In this document: piece after piece, positions 51,374 to 60,891 of the stretch
Position numbering within the stretch: the stretch's first letter is position 1
How the letters are laid out: every line of letters starts with the position of its first letter
Origin: Clostridia bacterium
GTDB lineage: Bacteria; Bacillota; Clostridia; Oscillospirales; CAG-272
Direction: 5' to 3'
Assembly (NCBI GenBank): GCA_017959065.1
Contig: JAGDBK010000013.1
Span: forward strand, 3,258 to 67,257
Length of the DNA: 64,000 bases
Made by a program: the position numbers and the translations under genes
Notes under the pieces: generated by a model
The model's database searches: none
Seen by the model: the letters and a program-made list of their open reading frames with translations, nothing else
What the model was told of the DNA's origin: nothing

Positions 51374-51829
51374 ATGGACTCTGAACTCATCTTTGAACTT
51401 GTCTCATCGTCCCCGGAAGAGACCGAAAAAGCCGGCGCGGAGTTTGCCGGCATGATAAATGGCGAAAAGTTCCCGGGCTTCCCGTGCGTGATCGCTCTTT
51501 GCGGAGATCTCGGGGCCGGCAAAACCGTTTTCGTGCGGGGAATGGCCTCGGTCCTATGTCCCGGCGCCCGTGTCAGAAGTCCGACATATACGGTAGTGAA
51601 CGAATACCGGGGCGAACTCCCCCTCTATCATTTTGACATGTACCGAATCAACGGACGGGACGACCTTTACTCCATAGGATTCGACGACTACCTCGACAAA
51701 GGCATATGCGCGATAGAATGGAGCGAAAAGATCCCGTTCGCGCTGCCGGAAAAACACTTCAGGGTATCCCTGTCCGAACAGACGGGAGAGCGCAGGCTCA
51801 TACGCGCGGAGCGTATAACCGGCTCGTGA
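51374..51829 (+). CDS. tsaE: tRNA threonylcarbamoyladenosine biosynthesis ATPase TsaE
   Basis: GDLGAGKTVFVRG P-loop and ...YHFDMYR... motif. Start moved to ATG 51374. Confidence 0.85.
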   Translation: MDSELIFELVSSSPEETEKAGAEFAGMINGEKFPGFPCVIALCGDLGAGKTVFVRGMASVLCPGARVRSPTYTVVNEYRGELPLYHFDMYRINGRDDLYSIGFDDYLDKGICAIEWSEKIPFALPEKHFRVSLSEQTGERRLIRAERITGS

Positions 51830-51854
51830 TCCCTGAGTCTGAAGGATTTCAATT

Positions 51855-52565
51855 ATGTATACGCTTGCATTAGATACGACATCCAAAACGATGTCCGCCG
51901 CCGTTTTCCGGGACGTGACCATGGCCGGAGAACTTTTTGTCGACTCCGGCAACACGCACAGCGAAACGATGCTCCCCGCGATCGAAAGATTGCTGGGCGC
52001 CCTGTCTCTGTCGCCCGCGGATATCGGTCTGTACGCCGTCACACGCGGCCCCGGTTCGTTTACCGGTGTCAGAATAGGGATCGCCACCGTGAAAGGCCTC
52101 GCATTCAGGGACGTCGGTGAGCCTGAGATCCCGATAGCCCCCGTAAGCACTCTGCTGTCACTGGCTTACAATTTTCAGGGATTCGGGTCGGAAGAGCATC
52201 CGGTGCTCGTCGTTCCCGTAATGGACGCCCGCAGATCCCAGGTGTACACGGCCGCCTTTGCCGTTTCCGGCGGAACGCCGGAACGTCTTGCCCCGGACTC
52301 CGCCCTTTCGCTTGAGGATCTTGGGGAGCAGCTGACGGAGCTGTCCGGCGGAAGAACAGTTTACTTTGCCGGTGACGGATACAGTCTTGCAAAAGATCAT
52401 TTCGGCAAGCCGGTACTCCGTGACCGGATATCCGTCGCCGATACTCCCGCACCGCTTCAGAGACTCAGGGGCAGCTCGATCGCCGTCTGCGGTCTTGAGG
52501 CTTTTCACAGAGGTGAGACGGTGAATGAGAGAACTCTCGTCCCGTCATATCTCAGGGGCATATGA
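51855..52565 (+). CDS. tsaB: tRNA threonylcarbamoyladenosine biosynthesis protein TsaB
   Basis: MYTLALDTTSKTMSAAV...GPGSFTGVRIG... Confidence 0.88.
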   Translation: MYTLALDTTSKTMSAAVFRDVTMAGELFVDSGNTHSETMLPAIERLLGALSLSPADIGLYAVTRGPGSFTGVRIGIATVKGLAFRDVGEPEIPIAPVSTLLSLAYNFQGFGSEEHPVLVVPVMDARRSQVYTAAFAVSGGTPERLAPDSALSLEDLGEQLTELSGGRTVYFAGDGYSLAKDHFGKPVLRDRISVADTPAPLQRLRGSSIAVCGLEAFHRGETVNERTLVPSYLRGI

Positions 52566-52596
52566 TCCGGAACGGTTTATCCGATATTTTGCAGCC

Positions 52597-53502
52597 ATGA
52601 AGAAATCATTCTTTTCAGTGATCGATTCCGCTTCGCTTCCGGTCCTCGCCTCAAGTATCCTGATAACCGTTCTGTCATGCTTTTCTGGCTTATTCGGGAA
52701 CACCCCTGCCGGAAGGATACTGCTTTACGTCTCATATCTCGCGGCCCTCACCGTCTCAGCCGCCGTATCGCGTCTGGCGACGGGAGATCTCCCCGGATAC
52801 CGTAAAAGCGGCAGCGCGGGCGGACAGGGCCCTCTCGCGGTTGCTTTTTTCGGCGTGACGACCCTGGCAGCATATCTCAACCGCATGGTCACCATCCTCC
52901 TCGAAAAAGCGGGGCTGATCTCCGGCACTGCCGTCGGTCCGGAAATCAGAGACCTGTCGGATATGGTCTTAGCCGTTCTGACTTTATGCATTATCGTTCC
53001 GCTTGCGGAAGAGATGCTTTTCAGAAACTTTGTACTCCGCCGCTGTCTGCCTCTGGGGATCGGGAAGGCCGTTCTGTTCTCCTCTCTTCTTTTCTCGATG
53101 CTCCATGCAGATGTCAGCCAGCTGATCTATGCTTTCGCTGGCGGTACCGTTCTGGCCTGCGTCACGCTGATGACAGGTTCGGTGATCCCGACAGTCGTTC
53201 TTCACTCCGCAAACAATCTTGCCGCCGTGCTCATTTCGGCCGCGGACACGTTTCTTGACGAAAGCACCGCGTTCGCCGTCTCCGCGGTATTTGACCTTGT
53301 AACCGTTCTTGCCGCGGCAGCAGCGTTCGTTTTCATCCTTGTACGGAAGAAAAGATGTCCGGAGTACTGCACGCTTTTGGAATACCGCGAAGATCAGCAG
53401 TTCCCGTGCGACGGCTCCTGCACTGTCCGTTTCCCGGTCGTTACCGTCATTTTTGCAGTTTATACGGCGTCGCGCATTGCCGCCGCGAATTTCAGTTTAT
53501 AA
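52597..53502 (+). CDS. CPBP-family intramembrane glutamic endopeptidase
   Basis: EEMLFR, FSMLH and HSANN motifs in a polytopic protein. Start moved to ATG 52597. Confidence 0.8.
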   Translation: MKKSFFSVIDSASLPVLASSILITVLSCFSGLFGNTPAGRILLYVSYLAALTVSAAVSRLATGDLPGYRKSGSAGGQGPLAVAFFGVTTLAAYLNRMVTILLEKAGLISGTAVGPEIRDLSDMVLAVLTLCIIVPLAEEMLFRNFVLRRCLPLGIGKAVLFSSLLFSMLHADVSQLIYAFAGGTVLACVTLMTGSVIPTVVLHSANNLAAVLISAADTFLDESTAFAVSAVFDLVTVLAAAAAFVFILVRKKRCPEYCTLLEYREDQQFPCDGSCTVRFPVVTVIFAVYTASRIAAANFSL

Positions 53503-53515
53503 GGATCGCTTTTTT

Positions 53516-53998
53516 ATGCCGGATATTTCAGACGAGTTTTTCATGAAAGAAGCCGTAAAAGAGGCCCGCCTTTCCGATGTTTCCGACGACGTTCCCGTCG
53601 GTTGCGTGATCGTGCTCGGCGGAGAGATCATCGGACGCGGCCACAATACAAGGGAACTGAGATCGTCCGCGCTGGGACACGCGGAGATCGATGCGATCTC
53701 CGAAGCCTGCGGTCACAGAAAGAGCTGGAGGCTTTCAGGCTGTACCATGTACGTCACGCTTGAGCCCTGCCCTATGTGCGCGGGAGCCGCTGTTTCCGCC
53801 AGGATCGACCGGGTGGTAATAGGAGCGAAAGATTCCAAGGCCGGCGCTCTCGGAAGCGTGATAGACATGAACTCATATCCCCTTAACCATAAGATAAAGA
53901 CCGAATACGGCGTCTGCAGTGAAGAATGCTCTTCACTGCTTAAGGAATTTTTTGAAAAAAAGCGGAGGAAATCAAAACAGTCCCGTGACAGCGAATGA
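53516..53998 (+). CDS. tadA: tRNA adenosine(34) deaminase
   Basis: HAEIDAI and PCPMCAGA zinc motifs. Start moved to ATG 53516 (MPDISDEFFMKEA...). Confidence 0.9.
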   Translation: MPDISDEFFMKEAVKEARLSDVSDDVPVGCVIVLGGEIIGRGHNTRELRSSALGHAEIDAISEACGHRKSWRLSGCTMYVTLEPCPMCAGAAVSARIDRVVIGAKDSKAGALGSVIDMNSYPLNHKIKTEYGVCSEECSSLLKEFFEKKRRKSKQSRDSE

Positions 53999-54065
53999 GA
54001 TCTGACCGCGCCGCCGGTTCCGCGGGATCACGCTGAGATCTCCGGTCATACAGCCCTGTAATCAG

Positions 54066-54103
54066 CCGAGCCCGGAACATCTGTTCCGGGCTCGTGTTTT
54101 GTT
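54066..54103 (+). terminator. intrinsic terminator after tadA
   Basis: 11-bp stem GAGCCCGGAAC/GTTCCGGGCTC followed by GTGTTTTGTT. Confidence 0.75.
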
Positions 54104-54122
54104 ATGTTTACGTCCGTCCTCT

Positions 54123-55535
54123 TTACGGCCTGTTATCAATAACGACTGTATCTATCGTTCCTTTTCCGGTCGATCTTCCGTCGCCGTTGATATCGTCGAA
54201 TGATATCTGTCTTATCACTTCGTCCGGGTCGAAATCGCTCTTTCCGTTGATCCTGACATTTCTTAACACCAACCGGCCGACTCTGCATGACAGGTAAGGG
54301 TCAAACACTTCCACCGGCCCCCTGCTGTCGCTGACCACGGTGGATTTCGGCCCTACCGTCACCATGCATGAAAGCGGATAACGGTCTTTGTGAAGTATAA
54401 TGTCAATGTTTTCAAATGACACGGAGTCGATGTCCGCCCCTATTTCAAACGGGGCAAAAACGCCCCTGACCGGATCTGAATTCTCATAATTGTCGAATCT
54501 GTCTATCGGACCGTTCACGTCCACCGATATGTCTTCAAAGAAAATGTCCCTTCCGCTTCCGACCATGCCCCATTCCGGATCGGTCCCTATAAGATAGGAC
54601 GGCTTCTGAAGATACATCTTGAAGCAGAGCATGCCCCGCACGTCGCGTATGATCATGTCTTCCGCACTGCAGTCAACGACGGAACCGTCTTTGTATCTGT
54701 ATTTTCCCGGCTGGATCCTGAATGCCTTGTAGGCGCTGGTCCCGGCGAGCTCGATGTTTTCACACAGTACTGTGCGCATCGGTCCGAAATTGACCGATGA
54801 GTTCAGCCAGTCGTACATATTCAGAGCGACGATATCGTCTCCGACCTCACCGCTGATATCGCGGACCAGCAGATTTTCGATATTCCCGTTGATATGCAGC
54901 CCGTCCGCGAAGCATTCCCTGAAGCGTATCCTCTCGAACCTGCAGTCCCTGGCGTCGCCTATCTGCAGGGAAAAGCCCGCTGTGTTGACGAATACCGCGT
55001 CCGTAAGCGAGAATCCGATCACATTGCTGAAGAACATGAAGGCCGATACGCCCGAGAATTCAGTCTCTTCGCTGTAGCGCCCGGAACTGCCGTACCCTTC
55101 CCTTTTCGTCCTGGATTCGGCCCATATCCCTCCGGTTATGAAAATGTTTGTATCCTCGTTGCCTCTGATCACGGGATGATCGGTGCCGTCGGCCGCCTTC
55201 TCGTTCCTCATCATTATCACTCGGGAATACGAAGTCTGCTTTATAACGGCCCTGCTGTCGGCGTCGATCCATCTGTTCGACGGAACTATGACTGTCCCGT
55301 CCACATAATAGGGTTCGGGCGATGCGGGTATCCGTACTATCTCGTGTTCGCGCAGCGCTGCCGTGAAAGCGTCCGTCCACACAGTGATCTCGCGTCCGTC
55401 ATCCGTTTCCTTTCGCGTCAGCGACGCGTAATCCGTTATATCCGCGGGACCGGTGAGCCGTGACATCCTCTCGCTGTTGCGCGTCAGCATCTCTTCGATC
55501 CGTTTTTCGATCCCTGCCTTGTCCATAGTCACCAC
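54123..55535 (-). CDS. right-handed beta-helix protein, GH28-like (DG...GDD motif); no signal peptide
   Basis: 470-aa ORF. CFADGLHING and EVGDDIVALN are spaced ~22 residues apart, with repeated coil pattern. Confidence 0.5.
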   Translation of the reverse strand: MVTMDKAGIEKRIEEMLTRNSERMSRLTGPADITDYASLTRKETDDGREITVWTDAFTAALREHEIVRIPASPEPYYVDGTVIVPSNRWIDADSRAVIKQTSYSRVIMMRNEKAADGTDHPVIRGNEDTNIFITGGIWAESRTKREGYGSSGRYSEETEFSGVSAFMFFSNVIGFSLTDAVFVNTAGFSLQIGDARDCRFERIRFRECFADGLHINGNIENLLVRDISGEVGDDIVALNMYDWLNSSVNFGPMRTVLCENIELAGTSAYKAFRIQPGKYRYKDGSVVDCSAEDMIIRDVRGMLCFKMYLQKPSYLIGTDPEWGMVGSGRDIFFEDISVDVNGPIDRFDNYENSDPVRGVFAPFEIGADIDSVSFENIDIILHKDRYPLSCMVTVGPKSTVVSDSRGPVEVFDPYLSCRVGRLVLRNVRINGKSDFDPDEVIRQISFDDINGDGRSTGKGTIDTVVIDNRP

Positions 55536-55592
55536 GCCTTCCCTCCCCGTCTCCGGACTGTGCCGTACGGGTCAGACAGGCTGACATCCCTT

Positions 55593-56132
55593 TCATTTTA
55601 ATTTCAGTCTTCCGTTTCCGCCCCCGGCCGCGTCCCCGCCGTCTCCGACCCGGATCTCATAATGCGTGTTTCTCGGTTTCATGCCCATTTTTTCATAAAA
55701 GGCTATCGCCGGGGAGTTGAAACTCCAGACATTGAGTTCCAGACTCGTGCATCCGAAGCGGGCCGCTTCGTCGCTGACATGCCTGAACAGGATACTGCCG
55801 ACGCCCTGACCCCGGAATGAACCGTCGACGCAAAGGTCGTCCAGATACATTTCCCTTCTTTCGTTGAGAAGCTTGGTTTCTTTGATGTCCCTTATGACGC
55901 AGAATGCATATCCGATCACCGTACCGTCCCGCCCGCATGCCACATAGACAGGTCTTCCGGCATCTGCCAGTATCTCCGCGAACTCGTCGGAAGAGTATTT
56001 CACCGCAGCATCTCCGAAAATATCCGGGCGGTGCATCCTGTGAAGCTCTCCTATGTCCCTGAGCAGCGTTTCTATACGCCCGAAATCCTCCGGTTCCGCC
56101 CTGCGCACCGTTATTCCGCCTGTTTCCGCCAT
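55593..56132 (-). CDS. GNAT-family N-acetyltransferase
   Basis: 179-aa ORF with the FRGQGVGSILF acetyl-CoA motif. Confidence 0.8.
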   Translation of the reverse strand: MAETGGITVRRAEPEDFGRIETLLRDIGELHRMHRPDIFGDAAVKYSSDEFAEILADAGRPVYVACGRDGTVIGYAFCVIRDIKETKLLNERREMYLDDLCVDGSFRGQGVGSILFRHVSDEAARFGCTSLELNVWSFNSPAIAFYEKMGMKPRNTHYEIRVGDGGDAAGGGNGRLKLK

Positions 56133-56159
56133 ATAAAGAGACCTCCGATCTCCCCGGAC

Positions 56160-57206
56160 TCAGTCACGCAGCGCGACATAATCCGACGCCATGATATATT
56201 CCGAGGCGTAATTCTCAATGTCTTTTTCGTCAAACGTCAGTAGCCTTGCCCCGCGAAGCCGGTTCTTCACGGAATCAGAATCCCTCTTGAATCCGTATGC
56301 ATCATATCCGATGCTCCCGATATATCCGAGCCTTATGCCGCAGTATCTGCCTTCCGCGCTGTTGCGGTGATTGTGTCCGAAATAGATTCCCATGACATCC
56401 CCACGTTCCAGGACCGTAGCGAAAAGTCCGCAGTTCAGCGGCCCGGGACTGATCTTCTCGGAGAATTCACCGGTCATCTCCGTCGCTTCAGGATTGTCCC
56501 GTATGGCTGCAGTCTCGTGAGGGCAGTAGTGGGTTAGCATTATCGCAGGTGTCCGGCCGTTGGCCTTCTCGATGATTTCCGAAATATCCCAGTACCATTT
56601 CAGCTGGTCGAATCTGATGATATCGAATCCGTTGTCGATCCCCATCACGGGATTCTCCAGTCTGACAGACGCTCTGATATCCGCCCTGAGCACGCCTTCT
56701 CCGTTCATGTCGGAAATACGCCGTCCCGTATCAAGAGAGAACACGTTCAGGGCGATCCTCCCGCTTCCGTCCGAGGCATATACCGGAAGAACGTAGTTGC
56801 TTACGCCGTGGATGCCGTCCGTGTGCTTGGAAACGAAATACGGGAACTCGCTTTCCATTATCTGCTCAGCCCTGCCGACCGTCGCGCTCCTCAGCATAGC
56901 ATCGTCGTGATTCCCGTAGGTAAGAGCCCACGGGATCCCTCTCTTCTCCATCGGTTCGGAGAAAAACGATATCAGCTCGATGAACTCCTCCTCGGTCTCC
57001 GCTCCGAACGGATTGTCGCCGCCCCACAGCACGAGATCCGGAGACTTGTCGCAGACGATCTTTTCCATCGCTTCCTTTATCCGCGGATCTCCGTCTCGCG
57101 AACACTGTATGTCGGAAAACAGAAGTATCCTGAAACGGCCCTCTTCACTGAATTTCAGGTCGACCTTGGTTTTAAGCTGTTCTTTCAAACTCTCAGACGA
57201 ATCCAT
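56160..57206 (-). CDS. metallophosphoesterase (calcineurin-like)
   Basis: GDNPFG, GNHDD and GHNH motifs. The likely start is ATG 57206, which follows GGAGAG. Confidence 0.75.
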   Translation of the reverse strand: MDSSESLKEQLKTKVDLKFSEEGRFRILLFSDIQCSRDGDPRIKEAMEKIVCDKSPDLVLWGGDNPFGAETEEEFIELISFFSEPMEKRGIPWALTYGNHDDAMLRSATVGRAEQIMESEFPYFVSKHTDGIHGVSNYVLPVYASDGSGRIALNVFSLDTGRRISDMNGEGVLRADIRASVRLENPVMGIDNGFDIIRFDQLKWYWDISEIIEKANGRTPAIMLTHYCPHETAAIRDNPEATEMTGEFSEKISPGPLNCGLFATVLERGDVMGIYFGHNHRNSAEGRYCGIRLGYIGSIGYDAYGFKRDSDSVKNRLRGARLLTFDEKDIENYASEYIMASDYVALRD

Positions 57207-57272
57207 GCCATCTCTCCACACTCCGGGTGAACAAATACCCCGGTAATAACGGCTCTCCGCCGTCTTAAGACA

Positions 57273-57301
57273 ATTATATCTTCATCAAGTCGGCGTGTCA
57301 A
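57273..57301 (-). promoter_or_regulatory. sigma-A type promoter of metallophosphoesterase gene
   Basis: Minus strand reads TTGACA (57301-57296), a 17-nt spacer, then TATAAT (57278-57273). Confidence 0.5.
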
Positions 57302-57400
57302 CCGATGCGGACGGAACAGGACCCGGAAGTCCGAAGGCACAGGAGCTCACTGTTTTTCCCTCAAACGGCCATAAAAATATCATCACTCGTCCAATAGTTA

Positions 57401-57429
57401 TTGAAATGCCTTTTATATTGTTTTATAAT
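57401..57429 (+). promoter_or_regulatory. sigma-A type promoter of ireB-ribF
   Basis: TTGAAA (57401-57406), a 17-nt spacer, then TATAAT (57424-57429). Confidence 0.55.
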
Positions 57430-57484
57430 ATAAGTGAATTTAAGCGTCCGGAAATCATAATGATTGCAAAGGAGTGACTCATCC

Positions 57485-57748
57485 GTGGCTGAGAGCAGAA
57501 ATGAATCTAGCCGTACCCGTACATTTCCCGCCCAGACCGAAAAGGAAAGGGAAATGCATTTTGTGTTGCGCACAGTGTATGAGGCGCTGCTTGAAAAAGG
57601 CTACAATCCCATCAACCAGATCGTTGGATATATCCTGTCCGAGGATCCGACATACATAACCAACCACAAGAACGCAAGAGGCCTTATCCGACGGATCGAC
57701 CGCGACGAGCTTCTGAACGCTCTGGTCAAAAACTATCTTGGATGCTGA
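57485..57748 (+). CDS. ireB: IreB-family regulatory phosphoprotein (UPF0297/YrzL)
   Basis: ...[51 protein letters not shown]... AAAGGAG lies 10 nt upstream of GTG 57485. This start gives an N-terminus [14 protein letters not shown]... with the Thr-x-(R/K)-F region expected about 18 residues before the VY motif. Confidence 0.8.
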   Translation: MAESRNESSRTRTFPAQTEKEREMHFVLRTVYEALLEKGYNPINQIVGYILSEDPTYITNHKNARGLIRRIDRDELLNALVKNYLGC

Positions 57749-57757
57749 AACTGACAA

Positions 57758-58711
57758 ATGATCTTCTATAACCTGAAAAAAAACCTGACCGAGTGTCCTC
57801 CGCCGGATTTGCCGTCTGCCGTGGCACTCGGTATTTTTGACGGAGTACACATAGGCCACTCCGCCCTCCTTTCGGAGACTGTACGGATCCGCGACAGACT
57901 CACAGAGTCAGGCGAAAGAGCGGTGGCGATGGTATGGAGTTTCGTTGAACAGCCCAAAAACTTTCTCGGTGACGGACATTTCGCACCGGTGCTGACTCCG
58001 GCCGATGAAAAGCTCCGCCTGTTCGCGGAAGCGGGGATCGACTACGCAGCGCTGGAGAATTTCTCGAATGTTGAAAACTTTTCACCCGAGCGGTTCGTAC
58101 GGCAGGTCCTTGTAAGGGATCTGCACTGCAGGGCAGGGATATGCGGTTTTAATTTCAGGTTCGGCGCCGGCGGAAAAGGCAATGCCGAACATCTGGCGTC
58201 TCTGCTCGGGCGTTTCGGGGCCGGGACCTCGATAGTGCCCGCGGTCACCGTGGACGGCAGCATCGTCTCCTCCAGCCGAATCCGGCTGCTGATAGAGAAC
58301 GGATTCACCGAGGAAGCCGCGAAAATGCTCGGCAGGCCGTTTTCCATCAATTTCCCCGTCGTCTACGGCAACCAGCTCGGAAGGACCATCGGCATCCCGA
58401 CGATCAACCAGGATTTCCCGGAAGGTCATATCATCCCAAAAAACGGTATTTACGCATGCAGAGTCGACGTCGGCGGCGACGTTTTCACGGGAGTCACCAA
58501 TGTGGGCTGCCGTCCCACGGTAGACGGCAGCGGGAGGATAAACAGCGAGACCCATATTATCGATTACGACGGGATCCTGTACGGAAAAAGGATCCGCGTA
58601 TCGTTTTACAGAAGGCTCCGCGACGAGATAAGATTCAGCTCCGTGGTGGAGCTCAAAGCCCAGATACTGAAAGACATTAGTTCGGCAAAATCTTTTTTTG
58701 CTCAAACGTGA
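57758..58711 (+). CDS. ribF: bifunctional riboflavin kinase / FMN adenylyltransferase
   Basis: ...ALGIFDGVHIGHSALL... and the C-terminal kinase motif ...PTIN...GIYA... Confidence 0.9.
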   Translation: MIFYNLKKNLTECPPPDLPSAVALGIFDGVHIGHSALLSETVRIRDRLTESGERAVAMVWSFVEQPKNFLGDGHFAPVLTPADEKLRLFAEAGIDYAALENFSNVENFSPERFVRQVLVRDLHCRAGICGFNFRFGAGGKGNAEHLASLLGRFGAGTSIVPAVTVDGSIVSSSRIRLLIENGFTEEAAKMLGRPFSINFPVVYGNQLGRTIGIPTINQDFPEGHIIPKNGIYACRVDVGGDVFTGVTNVGCRPTVDGSGRINSETHIIDYDGILYGKRIRVSFYRRLRDEIRFSSVVELKAQILKDISSAKSFFAQT

Positions 58712-58756
58712 TCATATCAGCGGGTCGGACCTGACGCCGGTGAAAGGAGGTACAGA

Positions 58757-60079
58757 ATGTCGCGCATCTTAAGATTCTCAGAAAAAGTTCTTCTGTTTGT
58801 TATTGTGCTGTCATTTATCATGATGATCTGTCCTCCGGCATCCGCGGCCGAAGACGATGACGTATTTCCGACACTTGAGCACGCGACATCCGCTTATCTT
58901 CTGAATATTGAGAACGATATCGAAATATTCAAAGAGAACGTTAACGAAAGAGTCTATCCGACAGCCACCGTGAAAATGATGGTCGGTCTGATCGCCCTGG
59001 AGCAGCTGGGCGACAGGCTTGATGAAAAAGTGACCATTACATCCAAAATGCTTCGTGATGTCATGGGGAACAACATCGGGCTGAAGGCCGGAGAGATCGT
59101 GTCCTACGGCGACCTGATCGCGGCCACTCTTGTCGGTGGGGCAAACGACGCCGCCACCTGCCTCGCGATCGCTATAGACGGGAATATGACCTCCTTCCTG
59201 TCGAGGATGAACGCCAGAGCGGTAAGTCTCGGAGCTCTCAGCACTAATTATGCAAACGCGAGCGGAATGCACGACGACACCATGTACACCACCTGCGCAG
59301 ATACGGCAAAGATCGCTCTTGAGGCATACAAAAACAGCCGTTTCATGGAATACTGCACCATGGAGAAATTCGTGATGCCCGCGACCAATATCTCAAGCGA
59401 GCGCACAATACACAACAAAAACGCCCTCCTGACAAGGGCGCTGGTATCAAAATACTATTACAAGCTCGCCCGCGGCATGAGCTCGGGTTTCACGAAACAG
59501 GGCGGGTATTCACTGGTCACGACCGCCTCGTACGAAGGAGCGACGTACCTCTGTGTGATTATGGGGGCGGAGTATGACGAAGACAATGATCTGATCTATT
59601 CATACAACGAAGCCGTAAAACTGCTCCGTTATGCGTTTGCTCACTACGGGTACAGGAACATAATCGAGGAGGGAAAGATCGTTGCCGAAATGCCGGTCAG
59701 CCTTTCCGACGAAGTCGATCATGTTCCCTGTGTCGCGAGCAGCACGGTTTCATGCTATATGCCGTACGATCTCGACATAGACTTTGCCGTTGAAAAGACA
59801 GTCCGGCTGGAAAGCGCCTCTGTGGAAGCACCTGTGGAAAAGGGACAGCATCTCGGCATGGTCACTGTCATTTATGAGGATCAGATAGTCGGGAACGTGG
59901 ATCTTGTCGCTGGTTCCGACGTGCAGAGAAGCGAATTCCTGTACATTCTCGAAAGGATCCGGGCATTCTCGTCAAGCAGATTTTTCAAAGGGGCCGTGAT
60001 CTCGGCCGTCATCCTTTTCATAGTATACGTGATCGTCAACTCAGTGACCAGGTTCAAAAAAGGCCGGCGACGGGGCTGA
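58757..60079 (+). CDS. D-alanyl-D-alanine carboxypeptidase (PBP5/DacA, S11) homolog with substituted catalytic motifs
   Basis: 440-aa ORF with a signal peptide (...ICPPASAAED), an S11-like core and a C-terminal transmembrane anchor. The motifs read ATVK (expected SxxK), GAN (expected SxN) and KQG (expected KTG). Confidence 0.7.
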   Translation: MSRILRFSEKVLLFVIVLSFIMMICPPASAAEDDDVFPTLEHATSAYLLNIENDIEIFKENVNERVYPTATVKMMVGLIALEQLGDRLDEKVTITSKMLRDVMGNNIGLKAGEIVSYGDLIAATLVGGANDAATCLAIAIDGNMTSFLSRMNARAVSLGALSTNYANASGMHDDTMYTTCADTAKIALEAYKNSRFMEYCTMEKFVMPATNISSERTIHNKNALLTRALVSKYYYKLARGMSSGFTKQGGYSLVTTASYEGATYLCVIMGAEYDEDNDLIYSYNEAVKLLRYAFAHYGYRNIIEEGKIVAEMPVSLSDEVDHVPCVASSTVSCYMPYDLDIDFAVEKTVRLESASVEAPVEKGQHLGMVTVIYEDQIVGNVDLVAGSDVQRSEFLYILERIRAFSSSRFFKGAVISAVILFIVYVIVNSVTRFKKGRRRG

Positions 60080-60083
60080 AAAA

Positions 60084-60137
60084 TGAAAAAACCGCAGCAG
60101 CGGCCGGCGTTCACCGGAAGCTGCTGCGTTATTTTTC
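60084..60137. terminator. bidirectional intrinsic terminator
   Basis: AAAAAA-CGCAGCAGC-18 nt-GCTGCTGCG-TTATTTTT, between convergent genes. Confidence 0.7.
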
Positions 60138-60863
60138 TGGTGTTTCCGAACGGAAACCGTCTATCTCCGCCCGCTGAATAGCTCCGAATATGCGGTGTCT
60201 CAGGCCTTTGTTGTCCCTCTCGATAGTCCGAAGGAGCTTTTTCATGTTTTCTCTTTCGGTGTTCTTATCCTCCGGGCATGTGCTTGTAACCACCGGGAGA
60301 CCCGCCTTCGCCGAGAAATACCTTATGTATTTCTCCTCGGTGTAGATGAGAGGCCTTATCATGGTCATTTCCATTCTGGATAGATAAGTCACAGGCGAAA
60401 AACAGCCTATCCTTCCTTCATAAAACAGATTGAGCATGAAAGTCTCGACAGCGTCGTCGAAATTATGTCCGAGCGCGACTTTGCCCGCGCCGCATTTTTT
60501 CGCCGTATCATAAAGCACCCCGCGCCGCATCCTGGCGCACAGGGAACACGGATTGGATTCTTTCCTGACATTGAATATTATGTCGGATATCTGTGTCTCC
60601 GCAATAGTATATTCCACGCCGATAGAATCGCAGTACTGCCTGACAGGGGCAAAATCCATACCCTCGAATCCCATGTCCACCGTGATCGCCTGAAGCGAAA
60701 AAGACTTGGGATAAAAGATCCGGAGCTCGTTCAGGGCGCAGAGGAGAGCAAGCGAATCCTTGCCTCCGGATACTCCGACGGCGATAACATCGCCGTCCTC
60801 TATCATATCATAGTCATCCACTGCCCGTCTGACCGACGACAGGAGTCTCTTGATCTCTTTCAT
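60129..60863 (-). CDS. ttcA: tRNA 2-thiocytidine biosynthesis protein TtcA-like PP-loop ATPase
   Basis: SGGKDS PP-loop and the CSLCARMRRG motif. Confidence 0.85.
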   Translation of the reverse strand: MKEIKRLLSSVRRAVDDYDMIEDGDVIAVGVSGGKDSLALLCALNELRIFYPKSFSLQAITVDMGFEGMDFAPVRQYCDSIGVEYTIAETQISDIIFNVRKESNPCSLCARMRRGVLYDTAKKCGAGKVALGHNFDDAVETFMLNLFYEGRIGCFSPVTYLSRMEMTMIRPLIYTEEKYIRYFSAKAGLPVVTSTCPEDKNTERENMKKLLRTIERDNKGLRHRIFGAIQRAEIDGFRSETPEK

Positions 60864-60891
60864 CTGAAATCATTTCCTTATATGATGGTCT

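Noticed and set aside
57470-57553. TPP-riboswitch-like words (GGAGUGA...GGCUGAGAG...ACCCGUAC...AGGGAA) upstream of the first ATG of ireB.
   Set aside because: The CCUGAUCUGGAUAAUGCCAGCG pyrophosphate-sensor helix is missing. The stretch is better explained as the N-terminal coding region of IreB starting at GTG 57485. A thiamine link to ireB makes no biological sense.
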